Assembly: GCA_903857255.1 (NCBI GenBank) | Contig: CAIODY010000043.1 | Location: 18,334-82,333 of the forward strand | Source: an uncultured bacterium | GTDB taxonomy: Bacteria; Bacteroidota; Bacteroidia; Chitinophagales; CAIODY01 | Length of the DNA: 64,000 bases | Direction: 5' to 3' | Shown: positions 19,785-27,545 of the stretch, piece by piece | How the letters are laid out: the number at the start of each line of letters is the position of its first letter | Position numbering within the stretch: the stretch's first letter is position 1 | Notes under the pieces: model-generated | The model's input: the letters and a program-made list of their open reading frames with translations, nothing else | Told to the model about the DNA's origin: nothing | The model's database searches: none | Made by a program: the position numbers and the translations under genes

Positions 19785-20330
19785 TCAATAAGTTATATCG
19801 GCTAAAAGCTTTACAGTGTCATATCCACTTGTTGATGCTGCCTCAACACTTTGCCACCATGAATTAGTTGCATTTAAACCATTAAATACGATACGTATTT
19901 GCCCTTCATCAATTTGCGAAACTTGTACCTGACCGTCAATTGCATTTCCATGTGATGAAGCCTGAAATGCACTGCCAGTCAAATCTTGCGAATAAGAAAA
20001 ATTTACATATACTTTACCTGCCGATAAAGATGATAAGGATGAAACTATTTGATAATTGCCAGTTGGCAATATTCTATACTTGCCAGGAAAAGTAATAAAT
20101 AAATCTTCGCTACTACCACCATCATGATATTGATTGGCTAACACTTTTTTATACGCATGAAGAACCCAAGTGTTATTTTGCGTATTGGCAATTATTGTAT
20201 CAGGCACAATTTGGTAAGAGCCGCCTTCAGTAAAGTAATTTGTTGATGCTCTATCTACTTTGCTTTTTTTGCAAGCAGCCAATAATAAAACACTAATTAA
20301 AGTAGCCGTTATTAATCCGAAATTTTTCAT
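19785..20330 (-). CDS. Hypothetical lipoprotein
   Basis: MKNFGLITATLISVLLLAAC is a lipobox-type signal. No other recognisable motifs were seen. ATG at 20330 is preferred over TTG at 20351. Confidence 0.6.
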   Translation of the reverse strand: MKNFGLITATLISVLLLAACKKSKVDRASTNYFTEGGSYQIVPDTIIANTQNNTWVLHAYKKVLANQYHDGGSSEDLFITFPGKYRILPTGNYQIVSSLSSLSAGKVYVNFSYSQDLTGSAFQASSHGNAIDGQVQVSQIDEGQIRIVFNGLNATNSWWQSVEAASTSGYDTVKLLADITY

Positions 20331-20525
20331 GGTTAAAGATTGAATATTCAATATTGTGCTTCACTAATCATCCACAAATTTAAGTTTTTTTTGTAACGAT
20401 ACTCCTCAAATAAATTCCAATTTCAAAAAAATAAATAAATTTTCACTGCAACGTTTTTCCTGGTTTTATCATCTTATAATAAAAACAATATCACCTACGT
20501 TAGTTTTATCGCAAGCAGGCATGTT

Positions 20526-20795
20526 ATGAGCAGCGCACCTGAAAATATTGAAATAAATTTTACGCCCCGTGAGCAACAGTTAGTTGTTTTATTGTGGGAA
20601 GGTTATTCTTACAAAATGATTGCCGAGCAATTGCATATTGCCATAGGTACTGTAAAAACCCAAATTAATTTATTGCACGTTAAAACCCAAACCAACAACA
20701 CTGGTGGAGTATTGCGCTTTGCATTTTTGCATGGTTTTAACTTTGATATTATTCAGCAACAGGTTTTTTATCATGGGCAATTGGTTGTGTGTTGA
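20526..20795 (+). CDS. Stand-alone LuxR/GerE-type helix-turn-helix protein (89 aa, no receiver or ligand domain)
   Basis: FTPREQQLVVLLWEGYSYKMIAEQLHIAIGTVKTQINLLHVK matches the LuxR C-terminal HTH pattern (LTxRExxVLxLxxxGxSxKxIAxxLxISxxTVKxH). Confidence 0.75.
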   Translation: MSSAPENIEINFTPREQQLVVLLWEGYSYKMIAEQLHIAIGTVKTQINLLHVKTQTNNTGGVLRFAFLHGFNFDIIQQQVFYHGQLVVC

Positions 20796-21005
20796 AGCCA
20801 CCATCACACATTTTATTCTTCCTTTTTTGGGGCTTGCAACAAAAAGAAAAAAGTTGAGCATAGTTTTAAAAGTTCAATACACCATCAGCTAGCTTCTCTT
20901 CTACGTGGTTTTCATTATACCTTTTTGTGTATTGTAAAAAACTTTTATTGCCTACAATTTTACAGCAACAATTCATCCAGCAATTGCAAAAGTTCTTTTA
21001 CAATT

Positions 21006-21237
21006 AGTTTCTTTTTTTTTGATGTTCCGAATAAATCAGTCGGAATTCCGAATGAAAAAGTTGAAGCTCCGAATGAAATGTTCGGAGCTCCAAACAAAAT
21101 GTTTGGAACAATAAATAAACCATTCGGAGTTCAGCAAGAAAAATTTTAAGTCCCGAATAAAATGTTCGGAATCCCAAACGAAAAGGTTTAAGCTCCAAAC
21201 AAACTATTCGGAACATCAACCAACAAAAAAAGAAACT
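21006..21237. repeat. Array of nine tandem 21-nt units (21025..21213), each a partial or perfect palindrome around TCCGAA...TTCGGA, bracketed by terminal inverted repeats
   Basis: The best units are ctccgaa-tgaaatg-ttcggag (21067-21087) and tccaaaca-aaa-tgtttgga (21089-21107). The terminal inverted repeats are agtttcttttttttt+gatgttccgaat (21006-21032) against attcggaacatc (21206-21217) and aaaaaaagaaact (21225-21237). A 42-nt super-period is visible. Confidence 0.85.
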
Positions 21238-21338
21238 AAAAAAATAAAGTACAAGGCAGCGAAAAGCTTAATACTAGCCCATTTTGCTTGCTCTATCAAC
21301 AGTAAGAATATTTTTTTAACAATAAAAAACAAATAGTC

Positions 21339-22016
21339 ATGAAAAACAAAGATGTATTTCCGTCAGACGAACCAGGTTTTGATTCGTTTCAGGACAACTT
21401 GGTAAAACAAGCCACCGCCAACAAAGTGGCTTGGGTAATTGATGCTGCACAATTAGGTTTATTAACGCCCTTGCAAGCGAAGTGGGCGCTTAATTGGGCA
21501 ATTTGTAAAGTGAAAACCAATGCTACCACTGCGCAGCGGAAGGCAAAAAATCAAGCCAAAGCGGCTTATAAAAAGCAGTTGCGAATTTTTATTAAAGGGC
21601 AAATTCAGGGCAATGTAAACATGACTGATGACGAACGGATATTATGTGGGGTTACACCACATAAAACTACTCGTACACCAGCAGTAAAACCTGATACTAC
21701 ACCCACCGTAACGGTAGAAACTACTAATGGTGAAGTAGCTCATATTTTTTGCAAACAACAACAGGGCAATGATGGTAGCAGCCTTAGAGCCAAACCCGAT
21801 GGGATAAAAAAAGTGAAAGTGGTGTATATAGTCAGTGCCACTGCACCTGCCAGCCCTGCGGCTTGCATCAATACGGTGTATAGTGGCAAAACAAAAATCA
21901 CTTTGCAATTTGATGTGGCTGATGCAGGTAAAAAATTCTATGGCTTTGCTTGCTGGGTAAATAGCAAAGATGAACAAGGACCGTGGAGTGTTTTGTTTAG
22001 CGGTAGTGTTTCGTAA
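21339..22016 (+). CDS. Hypothetical protein (helical N-terminal half, beta-rich C-terminal half)
   Basis: A 225-aa ORF with no signal peptide and no motif I recognise. It lies directly downstream of the palindromic array. Confidence 0.55.
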   Translation: MKNKDVFPSDEPGFDSFQDNLVKQATANKVAWVIDAAQLGLLTPLQAKWALNWAICKVKTNATTAQRKAKNQAKAAYKKQLRIFIKGQIQGNVNMTDDERILCGVTPHKTTRTPAVKPDTTPTVTVETTNGEVAHIFCKQQQGNDGSSLRAKPDGIKKVKVVYIVSATAPASPAACINTVYSGKTKITLQFDVADAGKKFYGFACWVNSKDEQGPWSVLFSGSVS

Positions 22017-22043
22017 TCAATCGTTAGTGGATAGTCTTTTTTG

Positions 22044-22077
22044 AAAAGCCATTGCAAGCAATTGTGGTGGCTTTTTT
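22044..22077. terminator. Hairpin terminator between convergent genes
   Basis: aaaagcca...tggctttt forms an 8-bp stem followed by TT, 28 nt after the 21339..22016 stop. It is also usable from the minus strand after the methyltransferase gene. Confidence 0.55.
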
Positions 22078-22103
22078 GTGTTCTGACAAATTTAAAGACC
22101 TGA

Positions 22104-23702
22104 TTATTTTACTTTAATCCTGCTATGATATAATTTCTCACGAATTGAAAAGATATTTTCAATAGTTGGCAAGTCAATCTTTCTATCAATTGTTTTCAAA
22201 ATCTTAGCATCATTCATGCGACATACATCTGCAATGGATGATTTGTTTTCAAAAATATTTGTATAAGTTTTGAACTGAGCATTATTTATAGTTGTGTAAG
22301 GAATTGGTAGGATTTTAAATTCATTTGGGGTTAATTCTAATACACCACCACCATAAAAACGACCTTCTAATTCGGCAAAGGATAAGGTCAAAGAATTGTA
22401 GAAAGAATAAATCAAACTTTCAATATCCAAACCCTTATTCATTTTAATAGCATAAGCACTATCTGTAACCAATACTTTTGCAGAGTTTTTAATGAGCTTT
22501 GGATATTCATTACAACGTTTAAAAAAGAAAGCTTCAGATGGAGTGCCAACATTAGGAACTTGATACCAATTATCCCTTATTGATGTTTTATAGCGTTCGT
22601 GAATTTTTTTCTCTTCTCCTATCTTGAAGTAATTAGCTAATTCAGCTTTTTGTTTTTTGCTTAAGTCAACATTGAAATCTAAGAGATAGGTTGGCTTTTT
22701 TGTTCTAATTAATTTATTAAAATCATGCCCATTGATTTCAACACTTCCATTTACAAAGAATCCCTTTTGAATGATTTTTTTTGAATAGTCTTCTAATCTA
22801 AACTCTTCCATTGTTTCCTTATCAACTATAAAATAATCATTCGCACCTGTAACAATTCCTGCTTTTGAATAACAGTAATCATCCACTGTTTTTAATTGAT
22901 TCTTTAAGTTTTCAAGCAGTTGTCTTTCATCGCTTGTTAAATGACTATGCGTCCACTTTCCTTGCTTAATACTTATATTTTGGGTCAGCTTAAAATTTCG
23001 TTTTATAAGGTCATTGGTATCAACAATGTTGCAATTATAAACGCCTTTCTTTTTTGATTTTCTTTCTCCAATTAACAACAGAGTATCTTGCCCCTTGCAA
23101 TCTTCAAAAAGCAATTCATTAAAAGTAAAAATTTCAATACGCTCAAATTCAGCTAACAATAATGCTTGCAACTCTGCTGCAAATTTTACTTGTAATAATT
23201 CGGCAGGTAATACCATTGCCAAAATACCATCAGCATTTGTGAATTTAATACATCGCACTAAAAAGGCTGTCCAGATGTTTTTTATTTTATTTTTAGATAG
23301 TGATGGAAATACCTGATGAACCTCTTCGCATAATTTTATTTGCTTTTCAGTCAAAAACTTTTTTCTAAAATAAGGGGGGTTGCCAACTACTAAATCAAAT
23401 TCCGTGTCATTGTTTTTTTGAAATTCTAAAAAGTCAGCATTAATAGCATTTAGCGATTTAACAGAAGTAATTGCTCTCACTTTTTCCAATTCTGCTTTTT
23501 CCCTTTCCACAGCAACTGCTAAGTGGATTTTGTTTGATAAAGTATTATGATTGTAAATTGATTCAATAAAACTACCAGCACCAGCACTTGGCTCTAATAC
23601 ACTAACAGAAGTATTATCCTTCATTTTGTCAGAAAGATAATCCACCAAAAAATCGGCAATGATTTTTGGAGTATAAAATGAGCCGATATTTTTTTTATTC
23701 AT
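22104..23702 (-). CDS. Gamma-class N6-adenine DNA methyltransferase (M.TaqI/Eco57I-like, with TaqI_C-like target-recognition half)
   Basis: Motifs are FYTP (aa 11-14 of the ORF-track translation), LEPSAGAGSF (38-47), GNPPY (109-113) and GIVTGANDYF in the C-terminal half. ATG at 23702 overlaps the HNH stop by 8 nt (ATGAATAA). Confidence 0.85.
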   Translation of the reverse strand: MNKKNIGSFYTPKIIADFLVDYLSDKMKDNTSVSVLEPSAGAGSFIESIYNHNTLSNKIHLAVAVEREKAELEKVRAITSVKSLNAINADFLEFQKNNDTEFDLVVGNPPYFRKKFLTEKQIKLCEEVHQVFPSLSKNKIKNIWTAFLVRCIKFTNADGILAMVLPAELLQVKFAAELQALLLAEFERIEIFTFNELLFEDCKGQDTLLLIGERKSKKKGVYNCNIVDTNDLIKRNFKLTQNISIKQGKWTHSHLTSDERQLLENLKNQLKTVDDYCYSKAGIVTGANDYFIVDKETMEEFRLEDYSKKIIQKGFFVNGSVEINGHDFNKLIRTKKPTYLLDFNVDLSKKQKAELANYFKIGEEKKIHERYKTSIRDNWYQVPNVGTPSEAFFFKRCNEYPKLIKNSAKVLVTDSAYAIKMNKGLDIESLIYSFYNSLTLSFAELEGRFYGGGVLELTPNEFKILPIPYTTINNAQFKTYTNIFENKSSIADVCRMNDAKILKTIDRKIDLPTIENIFSIREKLYHSRIKVK

Positions 23703-24300
23703 TGCCAATTGCTTTAATTACCCTAATCATTTCTCTAGAATTAAAAAGTAATTTGGTTATTTTAACATGCAGTTCTTTTGGAATGAAGTCAACTTTTTCA
23801 TTAAATAATTTTTCAATTTCATTTAAAAGCTCTTCTACTCTTTCACTTCTCCAAAATATTCCGTGCCTTTTCAAATTGAGTTTCATCGCCCTCACCATAT
23901 ATGCCCCAATTTCTGAATTAGGAATTATGTTACCATTTATGTCTCTTTTCAAATGTTTTACGTAATCTTCATTTCTTGGATTAACAAAGCCTTCATTGTT
24001 TTTAATAGTAATTTTTTCGTTTTCCGAAGGCCACTTTGCACGTTTAGAATTATTGCAAAAGAAACATGAGTAAACAAGATTTGAGTACTCTGTTTTAGAA
24101 ATTAAGTTAAGATGTTTTTGAGGTACAAAATGGTCTATTTGATAAAATCGCCACCCACCTGTCCAGTAGTCTGAATCATTACAATAGCCACACCTGTTCC
24201 TGAAATCAGCTTTTAATTCTTGTTTATATTCAGTGTGTTTGTTTACTTTTTTAGGGTTTAGTATAAGCTTAACAGGATGTTCCTTACGAAATTCAATCAT
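23695..24300 (-). CDS. HNH endonuclease (zinc-ribbon CxxC...DH...N...CxxCN type)
   Basis: Motifs are CGYC (37-40), IDH (55-57), N74 and CFFCNNSK (79-86). The 201-aa protein has a helical C-terminal half. Confidence 0.85.
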   Translation of the reverse strand: MIEFRKEHPVKLILNPKKVNKHTEYKQELKADFRNRCGYCNDSDYWTGGWRFYQIDHFVPQKHLNLISKTEYSNLVYSCFFCNNSKRAKWPSENEKITIKNNEGFVNPRNEDYVKHLKRDINGNIIPNSEIGAYMVRAMKLNLKRHGIFWRSERVEELLNEIEKLFNEKVDFIPKELHVKITKLLFNSREMIRVIKAIGNE

Positions 24301-24982
24301 TTTTCAATTTTTTTAATTCGTTAAGAATGCCCTCAGTTTCTGAAACTAGCTTTGTTAAATTATCTATATCGGCAGGGCTTTTCCAATCTTTAGGAAGTTT
24401 TGATTTTTTCGAAATAGAGCTTTCTAATTTTGTGTCTAAATCAACAAGTCTTGCTAAATCCTTATCATTTAATTTTTCTCCCTTACTTTGTCTATCTGTT
24501 AATTCAAAAAAAGCATCTTCATTACTTTTTAGGTTTTCTTTATACCTATCAATTAGTTGAGAGATATTATTTATAGTTTTTATTGCTTGGTTAACTTCAT
24601 CTTTATTATCTGAATTAAAATTGATAATTGCCTTACTTATTATTTTAAATGGGTCAGCCTTCATCAATTTATAATCATCGGCATTATTAGTGATAATAAA
24701 AGTTGGAAATTCTTCAAAATGTTCTAGCAAATGCATTTGAAAGACATCTCCTTGTTGTGAAAATGATGAATTGTTTTCCATTAATTTATAATCGAATGCT
24801 ACACAATCAATTTCATTCGATATAATAAACTGAAAAAGTTCACCTTCATCTGAAATGCTAGTTAATCCGAACACTTCAAAGGTCTTATCTGTTAATCCTT
24901 GTTGTTTAATATTGTCTAAAAAAGTTTCAAACCCTTCAATTTGGTCAGAATTTTCATCGACAACCAATATTTTGTAGTTCAT
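24293..24982 (-). CDS. Receiver (CheY-like) domain protein with a C-terminal coiled-coil and no recognisable output domain
   Basis: The receiver pattern is KILVVDE (acidic pair D13/E14), CVAFDYKL (acceptor-like D68), FIITN (T102) and K117/K121. The last roughly 100 aa are K/E/L/D-rich and heptad-like. Start is ATG at 24982, with an alternative GTG at 24994. Confidence 0.7.
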   Translation of the reverse strand: MNYKILVVDENSDQIEGFETFLDNIKQQGLTDKTFEVFGLTSISDEGELFQFIISNEIDCVAFDYKLMENNSSFSQQGDVFQMHLLEHFEEFPTFIITNNADDYKLMKADPFKIISKAIINFNSDNKDEVNQAIKTINNISQLIDRYKENLKSNEDAFFELTDRQSKGEKLNDKDLARLVDLDTKLESSISKKSKLPKDWKSPADIDNLTKLVSETEGILNELKKLKND

Positions 24983-24986
24983 AATA

Positions 24987-27290
24987 TTATTCACAATGTT
25001 TTAAGTAAATTTTAATTTGAAATCCAATCTCAGGAGTTAAGAGTTTGGCACTTCCTTTATTGTAGTCTACAGAAGATTTTAACAACCACATTCCTAATCC
25101 GTTTCCAACTTCTTTACCTGTATTATCTCTTTTTGTGGTAACAAATGCTTTAAATATTTCCTCCTTCTTTTTTATATCTTTACTAATACCTGGTCCTGAA
25201 TCACGATAATCAAACTCAACATCGCCATCAACTTTTTTTAAATGAATTTTGATGATTCTATTGCCTTTAAAACCATTCCTTTGAAATGCTTCAATAGAAT
25301 TAGTAAGAAGATTGTCGAAAATCGTATCAAGGTCTAACTCTATAATTTTGAGGGCGTAATCTTTTGCTTTTTCTGTCTCATAAGTAATATTTAATCCAAC
25401 ACCTCTATCGCTCAACTTCTTTTTCCAATTATTGTTAAACTCATTAAAATAGTCTCTTAAGTTGATTTTTTTAGACCTCCGCCTATCCTTTTTGGTAAGC
25501 ATTATAGAAAAATCAATCCACTGTTTTATTTTATCATCTAATTCTTTTAGTTGGGATATAAGATGATAAGGGTTGTTTATGTTTTTAAGATTTTTGACTT
25601 TACTTTCAGGCAACAATGGAAGTAAGTTATTCCTTAAATTAGTAGCCCTACTATTTAGCTTATTTTTTATAGAATGAAACTCATGAGAAAAGCTTGCTAT
25701 CAAAATTCCAGCACTTGCCATTGCTCTTGAAAGCACCAACTCATCCTCTCTTTGCTCAATTTTTATTTTTTGAGATTTTACAGCACTTTTAAGTGTTTTA
25801 TTTTTTCTTTTAGTGGTTTCAGTATTTTCATCCTCATTGTCTTCTTCAACAATGTTTAATGCTTCTTCTTCAGCGGCATCGTCTTTTTCAGCATCTTTAT
25901 TGTACAATTGAAGATTATTGAAAATGGTACTACGGTCTTTCTCCAATTTTGATATTATACCCTCAAGCAAATTTTTGAATAACTCAAAAGTTTTGTTTTC
26001 TATTAAACCTTCTCGACCTGATTTATCAACTAAAAACAATTCAGATGTTCTCGAAAAGGATATTGTACCAGCTACCTGATTTGGCTTAATCATAAAATCA
26101 AGCCTTGATGCACCAGCTGGGTTTTTACCTTGACGTTCGCCCAATAGCAACCAGTCATAAGAGGCTGTTTCAGTTTCGCCATATGGTCTAACTCTAAAAT
26201 TATCACGATACAGCTTTATTCCACTGAATTTTTTTGCCCACTTTCTTCTTATTGCAGTATCAAATGATTTATTCTTGAAGATACTGTCATTAGAGCCGAG
26301 TTTAAAATAATATAATGTAAACGTAAAATCCCCAATTGTATCACTTAAATTATCCTTTTCTAATTCACGAAACCCACCAATCAATTCATAAAAATTGGTG
26401 TTAATTGTAAAGCGTTCTTTTTTGAAAGTTGTTTTGTCGTAGGGAAATTCTCTCATTTCTTCCCTTTGAAAAAAAGCATCATCTATTTGATTAAAATCAA
26501 ATTCATTCCTGTGAAATACGATTTTTAAATCCCGAGTACCATTTTTTTTATACGTCGCTACAATTTTGTAATCATAGTCATTGTATGAATCATTTTGAAT
26601 TTTACCATATTTTCCTGTTACTCTTTCATTGAAAAAGAATATATCGAATTTATTTTGTCCATCAGGAGGAGTTAAAACTTGTAAACTATGTGCTATAAAG
26701 TCGCATAATTCATCATCCCATTCATCTCTTGTAAATTCAATTTTTAAAAGAGTACCGCTTTTATTGCTTCTATTGCCAATCAGTTTTAGTATACTTTGGT
26801 TATTTGTCTCTTTCTTCAATTGCTCAAAGACATTCAACTTGCCAATTTCATCTAGTTTTGCAAAAACTTGATTTATCGAAGTTGATTTTTTTTCAAAGTC
26901 ATTCCAATTGGCAAACCATTTACATCCTATTCCGTTTGAATCTTTAGTTGTATACATAGTACACTTTTGCCCAAGTCTATCCAATGCAAATCTTCCAATC
27001 CCTTTAGCACCAGCTTTTACCCTACCTCTTTTACTTTTGAAATCTGTTTCCTTGTTATCAGTTCCAATATTCATCCAATTATCTTTTATGTCCTTTGAAG
27101 ACATACCAACACCATTATCGTAAATGATAATTGTGCGTTTGATTGGATTAACAATAACTAACGAGAAGTCAGCATCAGCATCATAGCAATTTTTTACAAG
27201 TTCGATTATTGCACCATCGCTATGAGCGACATTTTCACGACCAATAAGCCTTGCTGCCCTTGCCGAAACTGTAAATGGAATTTGTGCCAT
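24987..27290 (-). CDS. Dual-GHKL protein: N-terminal MORC/HSP90-like ATPase module fused to a C-terminal histidine kinase (H-box plus HATPase)
   Basis: The N-terminal motifs are ELVKNCYDADA (30-40), DNGVGM (58-63) and GAKGIG (94-99). The H-box-like motif is ASFSHEFHSIKN (532-543). The C-terminal motifs are DNLLTNSIEA (659-668), DSGPGI (697-702) and GNGLGM (729-734). There is no signal peptide and no transmembrane segment. Confidence 0.8.
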   Translation of the reverse strand: MAQIPFTVSARAARLIGRENVAHSDGAIIELVKNCYDADADFSLVIVNPIKRTIIIYDNGVGMSSKDIKDNWMNIGTDNKETDFKSKRGRVKAGAKGIGRFALDRLGQKCTMYTTKDSNGIGCKWFANWNDFEKKSTSINQVFAKLDEIGKLNVFEQLKKETNNQSILKLIGNRSNKSGTLLKIEFTRDEWDDELCDFIAHSLQVLTPPDGQNKFDIFFFNERVTGKYGKIQNDSYNDYDYKIVATYKKNGTRDLKIVFHRNEFDFNQIDDAFFQREEMREFPYDKTTFKKERFTINTNFYELIGGFRELEKDNLSDTIGDFTFTLYYFKLGSNDSIFKNKSFDTAIRRKWAKKFSGIKLYRDNFRVRPYGETETASYDWLLLGERQGKNPAGASRLDFMIKPNQVAGTISFSRTSELFLVDKSGREGLIENKTFELFKNLLEGIISKLEKDRSTIFNNLQLYNKDAEKDDAAEEEALNIVEEDNEDENTETTKRKNKTLKSAVKSQKIKIEQREDELVLSRAMASAGILIASFSHEFHSIKNKLNSRATNLRNNLLPLLPESKVKNLKNINNPYHLISQLKELDDKIKQWIDFSIMLTKKDRRRSKKINLRDYFNEFNNNWKKKLSDRGVGLNITYETEKAKDYALKIIELDLDTIFDNLLTNSIEAFQRNGFKGNRIIKIHLKKVDGDVEFDYRDSGPGISKDIKKKEEIFKAFVTTKRDNTGKEVGNGLGMWLLKSSVDYNKGSAKLLTPEIGFQIKIYLKHCE

Positions 27291-27306
27291 ATAATTTTAT
27301 TCGTTA

Positions 27307-27335
27307 CAAATTTATGATTTTATTTGGCAAATGTA
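27307..27335 (-). promoter_or_regulatory. Candidate promoter of the four-gene operon (two TAnnTTTG -7-like boxes)
   Basis: On the minus strand, TAAATTTG is at 27314..27307, 16 nt upstream of the ATG. TACATTTG is at 27335..27328. Confidence 0.45.
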
Positions 27336-27537
27336 TTTTCAAAAAAATGGAATAAGGAACACATAGAATTGTTGATTGTTTTCCGTCAACCATGATGTTC
27401 TGCCGAGTTGCAAAATCGGCACAGATAATAGACGATTTGAAGCCGTAGAAGCGAACCTGCACTAGTTGTCGCCAAGCTAAAGCATATTTTGATGTGGTAT
27501 CAATCACAAAACCTTTTTATTCCACCAAGCAAAGTAT

Positions 27538-27545
27538 TACATTTG
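27538..27545 (+). promoter_or_regulatory. Candidate -7 box (TACATTTG) for nuoH
   Basis: It matches TAnnTTTG and ends 20 nt upstream of the nuoH ATG at 27566. Confidence 0.45.

Noticed and set aside
20925-21219. ORFs 20925..21149 (+) and 21004..21219 (-) with 7-aa repeat peptides, and a possible CRISPR array
   Set aside because: Both ORFs are by-products of the 21-nt (3x7) tandem palindromic units being open in several frames. One starts at a non-ATG codon, and they overlap each other on opposite strands. It is not CRISPR because the units are contiguous with no unique spacers, and no cas genes are present.
27304-27507. 67-aa minus-strand ORF in the spacer between the four-gene operon and nuoH
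   Set aside because: It has no recognisable motif and covers the likely promoter regions of both divergent units. I cannot exclude a small gene, but nothing supports it.
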